In this document: positions 51,948-62,232 of the stretch, one piece after another | Layout: every line of letters starts with the position of its first letter | Numbering within the stretch: position 1 is the first letter of the stretch | Assembly: GCA_963777675.1 (NCBI GenBank) | Contig: CAVZRD010000011.1 | Location: forward strand, 5,741-69,740 | DNA length: 64,000 nucleotides | Direction: 5' to 3' | Origin: an uncultured Gammaproteobacteria bacterium | GTDB lineage: Bacteria; Pseudomonadota; Gammaproteobacteria; Steroidobacterales; Woeseiaceae | The notes under the pieces: model-generated | Databases searched by the model: none | Told to the model about the DNA's origin: nothing | The model's input: the letters and a program-made list of their open reading frames with translations, nothing else | Position numbers and translations under genes: made by a program

Positions 51948-54098
51948 GTGCCGACCTGGACGTCGCCGGACCGTCGCAAGGGACGCGATTTGAACGGGCG
52001 CCACAGCATATCCATTGCAGTCCTTACCGAGAATCAGGATGACGTCGCTCTGATCAACGGCGCGTTGCGCGATGCAGGCCATGCCGCGCACTGTCACTGG
52101 GTCAGGAAACCCAGGGACCTCGATACCACCCTCGCCGCCGAAGACATCGAGTTGATGATTCTCAACTGCGACCGGTTCCCGGCCAGCGTCCACGAGATCG
52201 TCAAGCAGAAGGAGCGCTACAACCCGGAAGTGCCGGTCATCGCCCTCAAGCAGACGGCCGACGAGAAGAGCATCCAGGACGCGATGAAGCACGGCGCCTG
52301 CGACCTCGTGTCGATCGGGCTCAAGGACCGCCTGCAATCGGTCGTCACCCGAGAGCTCCGCGCCCTGCGCGTCGAGCGCGCGCTGAACTCCACGATCCAT
52401 CACGCTACCGAGTACAAGCGCCAGCTGAAGGACCACATGCAATCCTCGAGCGCCGCCATTGCGCTCGTCGAGGACGGCATCATCACCGACGTCAACGACG
52501 CCTGGCTGAAGCTGTTCCGGGCAGCCAGCAATGACGAAGTCGTCGGCCTGCCGCTGATGGACAACTTCGAGACCGAGAGCCGTGCCGCGATCAAGGGAGC
52601 CCTGATTGCCGCGATCGCCGGCAAATGGGCGACCGACGAGCGCCTTTCCGCGAAGTCACTCGTATCCAGCGACGACGGCAACGAGGTCAAGCTCGAGTTC
52701 CGCAAATTCTCGTTCGACAACGGCCCCTGCGTGCAGGTCCGTATCGCGCCGCCCGACTCGGCGACGATCGAGCCGACGAAGCTCGTGCACGATGCGCTGA
52801 AACGCGATCCGACGACGCTGTTCTTCCACCGCGCCCAGTTCGTCGAGCGGCTGAAGAAACGCCTCGCCAAGAAGCCGCCGTCCGGACTGCACGTACTCTG
52901 CTACATCCGTATCGACAAGTTTTCCCAGGTCTGTAACAAGGTCGGCATCCTCAATTCCGACGAGGTGTTGGCCCAGTTCGCCGATGTCGTGCGCAAACGC
53001 CTGCACCCGCGCGACCTGGCCGGCCGCTTCGAGGGCACGGCGCTGATGGTGCTGCTGCATCGCGGCAGCGCACGCGACGCCGAGGTCTGGGGCAACCAGC
53101 TCTGCGAGCACATCCGCAAGCTCACGTTCGACGTCGAGGACCGCTCGGCCCAGCTCACCTGCACGGTCGGCGTGTGCCCGTTCAACGAGATGTACGGCTC
53201 GCTCGAGGAATTCGTGGCCGGCGCGGTCGACGGCTACGCGCTCGGCAAGCAGGCCGGAGGCAACACGGCCTACCTCAACGACACCGCAAAGGAAGACACC
53301 AAGCAGAAGGAATTCGACGCGATCTGGGTCAAGCACCTGAAGGCCGCCCTGATGGAGGACCGGTTCCGGCTCGCCCAGCTCCCCATCGCCGGCCTGCGCA
53401 GCGACGGCATCGAGATGTACGACCTGCTGGTGCGCATGCTCGACGAACAGGGCAACTCCGTGTTGCCGTCCGAGTTTCTGCCGGCCGCCGAGCGCAACAA
53501 CATGATGAAGAATATCGATCGCTGGATGGTCCGCGCGGCGATGGACTTCTGCAACGAATCGGATGCCGACCGGGTGTTCGTCCGGCTGTCGCGGCAATCG
53601 GTGCTCGACGCCACGACCATTGCGTGGATGGAGGCGGAATTCGACAAGAAGAAGTTCGACTGTTCGCGTCTGGTGATGCAGATCCCCGAGCGCGAGGCGG
53701 CCAAGCATATTAAGCAGACGCAGGCCGTGGTGCAGAAGCTGCAGAAGATGGGCGTCGGGTTCGCGCTCGAACACTACGGAATCGACCAGGAGCGCTTCCA
53801 GATCCTCGACATCCTGAAGCCCGGCTACGTCAAGGTCGACGGCGAACTGATGCACTCGCTGATGACCGATACCGAATTGCAGCAGCGCGTCGAGAAGATC
53901 GTGAGCGCGGCTCGCGAGCGCGACATCAAGACTATCGCCGAGCGCGTCGAAAACGCCAATGCGATGGCCGTGCTGTTCCAGCTCGGCCTGGACTACATGC
54001 AGGGACATTATGTTCACGAACCCGAGGTCGTCCTCGAGGACGTGGGTACGAGCAAGCATACGACGCTGGCCGATCTGGTGGCCGCGCACGCCAACTAG
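51948..54098 (+). CDS. FimX-like signalling protein: pseudo-receiver, PAS, degenerate GGDEF, degenerate EAL
   Basis: Intact 716 aa. REC-like N-terminus lacks the acceptor Asp (LMILNCDRFP). PAS (SSAAIALVEDGIITDVNDAWLKLF). GGDEF position reads RFEGTAL. EAL signature reads YDLLVR, NLS reads RLS, DDFG reads EHYG, but KVD..AERVE..QGHY are retained. Confidence 0.75.
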   Translation: MPTWTSPDRRKGRDLNGRHSISIAVLTENQDDVALINGALRDAGHAAHCHWVRKPRDLDTTLAAEDIELMILNCDRFPASVHEIVKQKERYNPEVPVIALKQTADEKSIQDAMKHGACDLVSIGLKDRLQSVVTRELRALRVERALNSTIHHATEYKRQLKDHMQSSSAAIALVEDGIITDVNDAWLKLFRAASNDEVVGLPLMDNFETESRAAIKGALIAAIAGKWATDERLSAKSLVSSDDGNEVKLEFRKFSFDNGPCVQVRIAPPDSATIEPTKLVHDALKRDPTTLFFHRAQFVERLKKRLAKKPPSGLHVLCYIRIDKFSQVCNKVGILNSDEVLAQFADVVRKRLHPRDLAGRFEGTALMVLLHRGSARDAEVWGNQLCEHIRKLTFDVEDRSAQLTCTVGVCPFNEMYGSLEEFVAGAVDGYALGKQAGGNTAYLNDTAKEDTKQKEFDAIWVKHLKAALMEDRFRLAQLPIAGLRSDGIEMYDLLVRMLDEQGNSVLPSEFLPAAERNNMMKNIDRWMVRAAMDFCNESDADRVFVRLSRQSVLDATTIAWMEAEFDKKKFDCSRLVMQIPEREAAKHIKQTQAVVQKLQKMGVGFALEHYGIDQERFQILDILKPGYVKVDGELMHSLMTDTELQQRVEKIVSAARERDIKTIAERVENANAMAVLFQLGLDYMQGHYVHEPEVVLEDVGTSKHTTLADLVAAHAN

Positions 54099-54266
54099 CG
54101 GCGTTGAGGACCCGAAGTGTGACGGGTGTCACGCTTTGTCTGCTGAACCATGCCCTCACGGTGCGCGAACGGCAAAACATAGAATGCTTCATAGCGGCCC
54201 CGGACCGGCCGTGGATAAGCTGCGGGACTCAGAGAATCGCGGGGCCTACGAAGTGAGGGCTACGAA

Positions 54267-56351
54267 GTGAAGAGATCGTCGAAATCGAAAACCGGACGCG
54301 TCCGGACATCCGAAAAGGCTGCGAAGGCGCTGCTGCCGGCGCTCGCCATGGTCGGCGGCAGTCTCGTCGCTCTGCCCGCGCATGCGCTCGAGCTCGGCGA
54401 CCTGCAAGTGCACTCGTCGCTCGGCCAGCCACTACGCGCCAGCATCGCCTATGCGCTGGCGCCGAACGAAATCGTGTCCGACACCTGCGTCAGTGTCCAG
54501 CAGGTCATGTCCGCCGACCGACTGCCGTCGGTCGGCAAGGCGTCGCTCATCGTCACCAACGGCGTCATCGCAATTACCGGCAGCCGCGTCGTGCAGGAAC
54601 CGTTGATGTCGATGCGCGTCACCGTCGATTGTCCGTACACACCGCACATCAGCCGTGAATACACTCTGTTCGTGGACCCGGTCTCGTTCCAGCCGGCGAC
54701 CGATGTGCAACGAGCCCCGCAGGCGCAGGCGGCAGCCACTCCGGCACCGGCGCGAAGCAACGCGCCCGCAGCACGCGCTGCGGCCCGGCACGCGCCGATC
54801 GGCGCCTCGACCCGGTATCGCGTGCGTGTCGGAGATTCGCTATCCGAGATCGCAGAGCGCATCGAGAACCGTCCGGTCGGCCTGTGGTCCGCCGTGACGG
54901 CCATCTTCGAAGCCAACCCCGACGCATTCCTCGACAACGACCCCAACAAACTCAAGGCCGGCAGCTGGCTCGACATCCCCGACTTCGGCGCGGGTACGCC
55001 GCCCGTCGTGGCGGAACGCGTCAGGAATGCGCCGGCACCGGTCTCCGAAGTAACGCAGACGGGCACGGCCTACGAGCCCGGTGCCGGCATGCCGGCTGCA
55101 TCTGCCCCGGCGCCCGACCTGAGGCCGGCCGAGCCGACGACCATGAGCCCGGCGGCAGCGGCCGCCGCCGGCACGGCGGCATCCCCCGCAACGGTGGCTC
55201 CCGCCGAGACGGCGACGCCCGTCGCGGCGGAACCGGCGGACAGCCCGTTCGTCGACCTGCAGCCGGGCGACGTGATCCGCGAACCCGCATCGAAGGCGGC
55301 CGCAAACGGCGCCGGCGATCGGACGACGATCCCCGACACCTCGCTCGAGGGGCCGCGCACCACGTCCTCTGCGCCGAACGTACCGATTGGTGTGATTCGG
55401 CCGGCATCGGATCCTGCCGCCCGGTCCACGCATTGGCTCGTCTGGCTGATCGGCGGCGGGCTCGCGCTCATCGGCGGTCTCCTGACGTTCGGCCGGTTCC
55501 GCGACCGCTCCGGATCGTCGCCGATGCCGGCCGCGAGCCCGCATCCGCTGCGCCGACAGTCCGATTTCGATACGCAGCGGGTGGAGGCCATACCCGAGGT
55601 TCATGCCGACGCCGACGCAGTCGCTATCGACGACGACTCGCCGACCGCCGAGAATCTCGCCCTCGATGCCGACCTGGAAATCGGCACCGGCCTTCGCGAA
55701 GGCACGGACGTCGACATCGCGCAGGACTTCGCCTTCGCATCGACGACGGCGCTGGACCTGGAGCTGCCCGAAGAGATGTCCAGTGGCGGCGACGAATCGC
55801 GCCTTACCGACGTGCTGCCGCCATTGCATGCCGGCAACCTGGAGACGATCCTCGAGCGCGAGGTACTCCCCGGCGAGGCGGACGATTACGACATGTCCGT
55901 CATCATAGATGCGACGAAGGTGCCCCTGCCCGAGGACATCACCGAGCGCGACCTCGAGGCGGTCGCGCTGCCCGCCGACGACGAGACACTGATCACCGAC
56001 GACTACACCGTCAGCCAGGAAGTCGACTACAAGATCGTCGAGCAGGACTACGAGGACGAGATGACTGCGACGCAGGCGCTGAACGCAGAAATCTCGCGCG
56101 CCGCCGAAGAGCTTGCCGCACGCATGGAAGAGGATCCGGATTCCACCGGCATCTCGATGGCCAGCGTCCACGAACTCGACGTCACGGCGCAGTTGCGCAG
56201 CGGCAACGACGACGACGTCGGCGACCTCGACGACACCGGTATCAACGAGCAGACCGTCAGCCTCGAGGCCGAGGACAAGACCGTCGAGATGAACGCCGGT
56301 GAGAAAGACAAGACCGCCGAGATGCCGATCAAGAAACGCCGCGGCGCCTGA
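54267..56351 (+). CDS. Second FimV-N-terminal-domain protein (signal/TM, FimV N-domain, LysM-like, TM, acidic tail; no FimV C-terminal motif)
   Basis: Intact 694 aa. ALELGDLQVHSSLGQPLRASIAYAL..REYTLFVDPV parallels the FimV N-terminus. YRVRVGDSLSEIAERI..LKAGSWLDIP is LysM-like. TM WLVWLIGGGLALIGGLLTF. DLDDTGINEQ motif shared with fimV. Confidence 0.75.
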   Translation: MKRSSKSKTGRVRTSEKAAKALLPALAMVGGSLVALPAHALELGDLQVHSSLGQPLRASIAYALAPNEIVSDTCVSVQQVMSADRLPSVGKASLIVTNGVIAITGSRVVQEPLMSMRVTVDCPYTPHISREYTLFVDPVSFQPATDVQRAPQAQAAATPAPARSNAPAARAAARHAPIGASTRYRVRVGDSLSEIAERIENRPVGLWSAVTAIFEANPDAFLDNDPNKLKAGSWLDIPDFGAGTPPVVAERVRNAPAPVSEVTQTGTAYEPGAGMPAASAPAPDLRPAEPTTMSPAAAAAAGTAASPATVAPAETATPVAAEPADSPFVDLQPGDVIREPASKAAANGAGDRTTIPDTSLEGPRTTSSAPNVPIGVIRPASDPAARSTHWLVWLIGGGLALIGGLLTFGRFRDRSGSSPMPAASPHPLRRQSDFDTQRVEAIPEVHADADAVAIDDDSPTAENLALDADLEIGTGLREGTDVDIAQDFAFASTTALDLELPEEMSSGGDESRLTDVLPPLHAGNLETILEREVLPGEADDYDMSVIIDATKVPLPEDITERDLEAVALPADDETLITDDYTVSQEVDYKIVEQDYEDEMTATQALNAEISRAAEELAARMEEDPDSTGISMASVHELDVTAQLRSGNDDDVGDLDDTGINEQTVSLEAEDKTVEMNAGEKDKTAEMPIKKRRGA

Positions 56352-56379
56352 TCCGGCACCGCCGACGCGCTCCGGCCAA

Positions 56380-56614
56380 CACCCGTAGGAGCGGCTTCAG
56401 CTGCGATCCCGACGCCCTCCGACGACCACCCGTAGGAGCGGCTTCAGCCGCGATCCCGACGCCCTCCGACGACCACCCGTAGGAGCGGCTTCAGCCGCGA
56501 TCCCGACGCCCTCCGACGACCACCCGTAGGAGCGGCTTCAGCCGCGATCCCGACGCCGTCCGACGACCACCCGTAGGAGCGGCTTCAGCCGCGATTCCGA
56601 CGCCGATCGTGCCA
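56380..56614. repeat. Tandem array of 5 REP-A copies, 47-bp period, forward orientation (3' flank of the RAYT gene)
   Basis: Unit CACCCGTAGGAGCGGCTTCAGCCGCGATCCCGACGCCCTCCGACGAC starts at 56380, 56427, 56474, 56521 and 56568, with near-identical spacers. The fifth copy contains the RAYT stop codon. Confidence 0.95.
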
Positions 56615-57115
56615 AACGGAATCCCAGTGCGGATAATCGTCCGGGTCCTGTACGAGCCCGGCCCTGACCGGATTGTGAATCAGGTATTCGGCTGCTTTCC
56701 GGAGATCTTCCGACACCCGGACGGCGTGGTCGTAATATCCGGCCTGCCAGATTCTGCGCCGCTTTCCGCCGAGCAGATTGATCTGCCTGGCTGATCGGCC
56801 CTTTAGATATCGGACTAGCAGAGCAAGACGCACATTCTCATGCAACTGGACCAGCCAGTGAATGTGATCCGGCATTACGACGTGAGCGAGGCTTACACAC
56901 AGGCCTTCAGCCGCAAGCCGCTCGAACTGTTCCTCGACAATCCGTGCGTACGATTCGTCTTTGAAGCGCGGTGTTCTACGATAACAACAGGCCGTGATGA
57001 AGTAGATTCCGCAGTTCTCGGAGTAGCGGTGCTTGCGAAGTGCTCGACTTTTCGGCAATGACCGCCCCACCGCGAAGATTTTGACCGACGGAGTCGCGCT
57101 GTTGCGCGAGCTCAA
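56585..57115 (-). mobile_element. REP-associated tyrosine transposase (RAYT / TnpA-REP, IS200/IS605 Y1 HUH family)
   Basis: Intact 176 aa. HUH motif MPDHIHWLV, catalytic-Tyr region IWQAGYYDHAVR, YLIHNPVRAGLV..DYPHW tail typical of RAYTs. Flanked by inverted REP arrays. About 52% GC by hand count of one line. Confidence 0.88.
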
Positions 57116-57149
57116 ATTTGTCTCTTTGTTTAGAAATGACGACGAGAAG

Positions 57150-57380
57150 ATCGCGGCTGAAGCCGCTCCTACGGGTGCGGATGCAGGGGCGGTGGCACGA
57201 TCGCGGCTGAAGCCGCTCCTACGGATGCTGATGCAGGGGCGGTGGCACCATCGCGGCTGAAGCCGCTCCTACGGGTGCGGATCCAGGGGCGGTGGCACCA
57301 TCGCGGCTGAAGCCGCTCCTACGGGTGCGGATCCAGGGGCGGTGGCACCATCGCGGCTGAAGCCGCTCCCGTGGGAGCGG
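57150..57380. repeat. Tandem array of 5 REP-A copies, 50-bp period, reverse orientation (5' flank of the RAYT gene)
   Basis: Unit ATCGCGGCTGAAGCCGCTCCTACGGGTGCGGATGCAGGGGCGGTGGCAC(G/C) starts at 57150, 57200, 57250, 57300 and 57350. The last copy has decayed to ..GCCGCTCCCGTGGGAGCGG.., a new hairpin just 3' of parC. Confidence 0.95.
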
Positions 57381-57381
57381 A

Positions 57382-59639
57382 TCAGGTTCCGGGTGGCATG
57401 CCCAGCAGGCGGTCGACGTGGCGCCAGCCGCGCGGTAACAGGGTCCCGCGCAATGCGCGCTCGCCGTAGTAGGCGTCCGTGTCGTTCCAGCGAATGGTCA
57501 TCGTGCGGGTGCCGCTGTGGACCTGCAGGTCGCCGTCCTCGGGCACGACGGCGATCGCGACGAGTTTCTCCTCGCCGGCCTGGTACTTCTTCGACGGGAT
57601 GTTGATGAGCTTGATGCCCTTGCCCTTGGCGAGGTCCGGCAACTCTTCCATCTCGAACAGCAGCAGGCGGCCGATCGAGCTGACGGCGGCGATCAGGCAT
57701 TCCGTGCCGGGCGGCACCGCCGCGGGTACCACGGCGCGGCCTCCGGCCGGCACTCGGAGGATGGACTTGCCCGCCTTGTTGCGCGTGACGAGCTCCGACA
57801 GCGTCGCGACGAACCCGTAACCGGCGTCCGATGCCAGCACGGCTTTCTGGTCGCCCTCGCCGATCATCACGCCGCAGAATTCGGCGCCGTCCGGTGGATT
57901 GAAGCGGCTCGACAGGGGTTCGCCCTGGCCTCGCGCCGACGGCAGCGATTGCGCGATGACGCTGTACACGCGACCGGTGCTGTCGATGAACATGGCGAGC
58001 TGGTTGCTGCGCCCCTGCGCGGCCGCGAGGAAACCGTCGCCGGACTTGTAGGACAATGCCAGCGAATCGACATCGTGGCCCTTCGCGGCGCGCGCGAAGC
58101 CGCGTTGCGAGAGCACCACGGTCACCGGCTCCGCGCTGACGAGCTGGGTCTCGTCGAGCGCCTGCGCCGCCTCGCGCTCGACGATCGCGGTGCGCCGCGC
58201 ATCGCCGTAGGTTTCGGCGTCCGCCAGGATCTCGTCCTTGATCAGGGTCTTCAGGCGTGCCGCGCTCTTCAGCGTCTTCTCGAGGGCGTCACGCTCGTCC
58301 GAGAGTTCTTCCTGCTCGCCGCGGATCTTCATCTCCTCGAGCTTGGCGAGGTTGCGAAGGCGCAGGTTGAGGATCGCCTCGGCCTGCGCGTCGCTGAGCT
58401 TGAAGCGCTTCATCAGCACCGGTTTCGGCTCGTCCTCGGCGCGGATGATCGCGATGACCTCGTCGATGTTGAGGTACGCGACGAGCAGGCCGTCGAGGAT
58501 GTGCAGCCGGTCGGTGACGATCGCGAGGCGGTGCTGCAGGCGGCGCTTGACCGTCTCCTTGCGGAACGCCAGCCACTCGGTCAGCAGGCCGACCAGGTCG
58601 AAGCTGCGCGGCCGTCCGTCGAGACCGATGACGTTCATGTTGATCCGGCAGCTGCGCTCCAACGACGTCGTCGAGAACAGGTGCGACATCAGTTCGTCCT
58701 TGTCGACCCGGTTCGAGCGCGGCGTGATCACCAGCCGCGTCGGCTCCTCGTGGTCCGATTCGTCGCGCAGGTCCTCGACCTGGGGCAGCTTCTTCGCGCG
58801 CATCTGCGCCGCGATCTGCTCCAGCACCTTGCTGCCCGAGATCTGGTGCGGCAGCGACGTGATCACGATGTCGCCGTTCTCGACCTTGTAGCGCGGCCCG
58901 CAGCCTGAGCGTGCCGCTGCCCGTTGTATACATCTGCTTGATGTCCGCACGCGGCGATACGAGCTCGCCGCCGGTCGGATAGTCGGGGCCCTTGATGTGT
59001 TTCATCAGCTGCGCGACGGTGGCATCCGGATTGTCGATCAGGTGGATCAGCGCGCTCGCCACCTCCCGCAGGTTGTGCGGCGGCACGTCGGTCGACATGC
59101 CGACGGCGATGCCGGTCGTGCCGTTCAAGAGCAGATTCGGGAGCCGCGCCGGCAACACCTCGGGCTCGTCGAGCGTACCGTCGAAATTCGGTGTCCAGTC
59201 GACCGTGCCCTGCCCGAGTTCGTCGAGCAGCGTCTTCGCATACCGCGCGAGGCGCGATTCGGTGTAGCGCATCGCCGCGAAGGACTTGGGATCGTCGGTC
59301 GAGCCCCAGTTGCCCTGCCCGTCGACGATCGGGTATCGGTAGGAGAAATCCTGCGCCATCAATACCATGGCTTCGTAGCAGGCGACGTCTCCGTGCGGAT
59401 GAAACTTGCCGATGACGTCGCCGACCGTGCGCGCCGATTTCTTCGGCTTCTGACCCCGCCGACAGACCCAGTTCGCTCATCGAGTAGATGATCCGCCGCT
59501 GCACCGGCTTCAGGCCGTCGCCGATATGCGGCAGCGCCCGGTCGAGGATCACGTACATCGAATAGTCGAGGTAGGCTTTCTCCGTGTAGTCCTTCAGCGG
59601 CAGCTGTTCGACGCCCTCGAGATTCAGACTGTTTTGCAT
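57382..59639 (-). pseudogene. parC: DNA topoisomerase IV subunit A; at least 2 frame breaks (about 59460 and 58900), probably sequence errors
   Basis: [52 protein letters not shown] (ATG 59639). Then ..[33 protein letters not shown] (active-site Tyr region). Then ORF 57382..58950 (C-terminal 520 aa). Confidence 0.9.
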
Positions 59640-59664
59640 GTGTCGGCCTCCTCGGCCACGGAGC

Positions 59665-61561
59665 TCAGACTTCCGCCAGGTTGCCCTTGGTCTCGAGCCA
59701 CTTGCGCCGGTCGCCGGCGCGCTTCTTCGCCAGCAGCATGTCCATGAGTTGATCGGTCTTTGTCGCGGCCTCGAGACGGTGAGCTGCACGAGCCGACGCG
59801 TGTCGCGGTCCATCGTCGTCTCGCGGAGCTGCGACGGGTTCATCTCGCCCGAGTCCCTTGAAGCGGGTCACCGAGACCTTGCCGCGCAGTTTCTCCGCGT
59901 AGATACGGTCGCGTATGCCGGTCGAGCTCGGCTGTCGTCGAGCGCGTAGAACACTTCCTTGCCGACGTCGACTCGATACAGCGGCGGCATCGCGATGTAG
60001 ACGTGGCCGGCCAGCACCAGCTCCCGGAAATGACGCAGGAACAGCGCACACAGCAGCGTCGCGATGTGCAGGCCATCCGAGTCGGCATCGGCGAGGATGC
60101 AGATCTTGTGGTAGCGCAGGTTGCTCGAGCGTGGTTGCACCGGGGTCGACGCCGAGCGCGATGCTGATGTCGTGCACCTCCTGCGAGGCGAGGATCTCGG
60201 CGGAATCGACTTCCCAGGTATTCAGGATCTTGCCGCGCAGCGGCATGATGGCCTGTGTCGACCGGTCACGCGCCTGCTTCGCCGAGCCGCCGGCCGAATC
60301 GCCCTCGACGAGGAAGATCTCGCACAGTTCGGGTTCCTGGGAGTACAGTCGGCGAGCTTGCCCGGCAGTGCCGGGCCGCTGACGATCTTCTTGCGGACGA
60401 CCTTCTTCGCGTCCTTGAGCCGCTTCTGCGCCCGGCCGATCGCGAGCTGCGCGATCGCATCGCCGGTCTCGGGATGCCGGTTCAGCCACAGCGAGAAATT
60501 GTCCTTGATGACGCCGGCGACGAACGCGGCGGATTCACGCGAGGACAGCCGCTCTTTCGTCTGGCCCGAGAACTGCGGATCCTCCAGCTTGGCGCTACAG
60601 CACGAAGCTGAGGCCGTCCCAGACGTCCTCCGGCGCGATGGTGACGCCGCGCGGCACCAGGCTGCGGAAATCGGCGAACTCCCGCAGCGCGTTCGGTCAG
60701 GCCGGTACGCAATCCGTTGACGTGGGTGCCGCCCTGTGGCGTCGGGACCAGGTTCACGTAACTCTCGGCGATCGCCTGGCCGCCCTCGCCGACCACCCAG
60801 GCCAGCGCCCAGTCGATGGCCTCGTTGTTGCCGGTGAGGCTGCCCGAGAACGGTTCGGCGGGCAGCAGCTCGGCGCCGCCGCCCGACTCGACCAGGTATT
60901 CGTCGAGCCCGCCCTCGTAGCACCATTCGAACTTCTCCTTTGTCTTCTCGACCTTGAGGCGCACCGTGAGGCCGGGACAGAGGACCGCCTTGGCGCGCAG
61001 CGCGTGCTTTAAACGCGAGATCGAGAACACCGGGGAATCGAAGTATTTCGGATCGGGCCAGAAGCGTATGGTCGTCCCGGTATTGGCCTTGCCGACCGTA
61101 CCGACCTGCTCGAGCTTGCCGCGCTTCGCGCCGCCGGCGAAGCTCATGTTGTATTCCTTGCCGCCGCGCCGGATCCAGATCTCGAGATTCTTCGACAGCG
61201 CGTTGACGACGGACACGCCGACGCCGTGCAGGCCGCCGGAGAACTGGTAATTCTTGTGCGAGAATTTGCCGCCCGCATGCAGGCGGGTGAGGATCAGCTC
61301 GACGCCCGGGATCTTCTCCTTGGGGTGTTTGTCGACCGGCATGCCGCGGCCGTCGTCGTCGACCTCGACGGAGCCGTCCTTGTAGACGGTGACCTCGATC
61401 TTCTTGCAGTGCCCCGACAGCGCCTCATCGACGCTGTTGTCGACGACTTCGTGTGCGAGGTGATTGGGCCGGCTCGTGTCGGTGTACATGCCCGGCCGGC
61501 GCCGAACAGGCTCCAGCCCGCTGAGGACTTCGATGTCCGCGGCATCGTATCGTTTCGCCAT
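59665..61561 (-). pseudogene. parE: DNA topoisomerase IV subunit B; about 6 frame breaks, probably sequence errors
   Basis: ORF 60482..61561 (MAKRYDAADIEVLSGLEPVRRRPGMYTD..HLAHEVVDNSVDEA..GGLHGVG). Then pieces QFSGQTKERLSSRE, LFLVEGDSAGGSAKQARDR-like ([34 protein letters not shown]), [55 protein letters not shown]. Confidence 0.9.
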
Positions 61562-61643
61562 CTACCCTGTGCCAGAGGTTGCCCAAGCGATGTCCGGCCG
61601 GATTCTAGCGTGAATGGCGGGCCGGCGACAGCCGGGCGGGCGA

Positions 61644-62228
61644 TCAGTTCAGGTCGTCGAGCAGGGAACGCCTGACGTTGTCGTCGACGGGCGAGATCTC
61701 CACCTGGTAGTTCGGATGGTCGATGCCGGCGGCCAGCGGCGCGCCGCCGCGCAGCGCGTCGACCATCGCCTCGCTCAGCTCGAAGCGCAGGAAATGCACC
61801 GAGGACGTCTTGGCGTCGTCGGCGCGTTCGAGATCCTCGTCGGCGATCGCGTAGACCTTGTCGAGATCGCCGATGCGCACGAACACGCGGTTTTCGACGT
61901 CGACGAGCCGGGCCAGCATGGCCTTGCGCTCTTCTACCTCCGGGAACTCGATCATGAACGTTGCCTTCCAGTTCGAACCGTCCGGAATCAGCGGATTGTA
62001 AGCCTGCAGTTCGTCCTCGATACCTGCCTGTTCGAAGATGCGTTCGATGCGCAGCATCTCCTGGACCTGATACTGCATCGTGAGCCGGTCCTCGAAGTAC
62101 AGCGCGGCATTGGTGCCCAGCGCGATGCGCCGGTTGCGCTTGTGGGCGATCACGCGCTCACGGAACTCCGGGCGCGCGGTAGCGTACTGTTCGAGGCTGT
62201 ACAGGTCCTGGCGGGTGAGCTTTTGCAT
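61644..62228 (-). CDS. DUF3501 family protein
   Basis: 194 aa from MQKLTRQDLYSLEQYATARPEFRERVIAHKRNRRIALG (ATG 62228). Conserved partner of the upstream Fe-S/CCG protein and rubrerythrin. Confidence 0.75.
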   Translation of the reverse strand: MQKLTRQDLYSLEQYATARPEFRERVIAHKRNRRIALGTNAALYFEDRLTMQYQVQEMLRIERIFEQAGIEDELQAYNPLIPDGSNWKATFMIEFPEVEERKAMLARLVDVENRVFVRIGDLDKVYAIADEDLERADDAKTSSVHFLRFELSEAMVDALRGGAPLAAGIDHPNYQVEISPVDDNVRRSLLDDLN

Positions 62229-62232
62229 CGAT

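Noticed and set aside
56380-57380. The two regular arrays (repeat about 25-30 bp plus spacer of about 17-25 bp, 5 units each) look superficially like CRISPR arrays.
   Set aside because: The spacers within each array are nearly identical to one another, so these are tandem duplications. The repeat is the genome-wide REP. The arrays flank a RAYT gene in inverted orientation, and no cas genes are present.
57382-61561. parC and parE as genuine pseudogenes.
   Set aside because: Topoisomerase IV is normally indispensable. All fragments are fully conserved along the whole length and the breaks are clustered regionally, which is more consistent with sequence errors.
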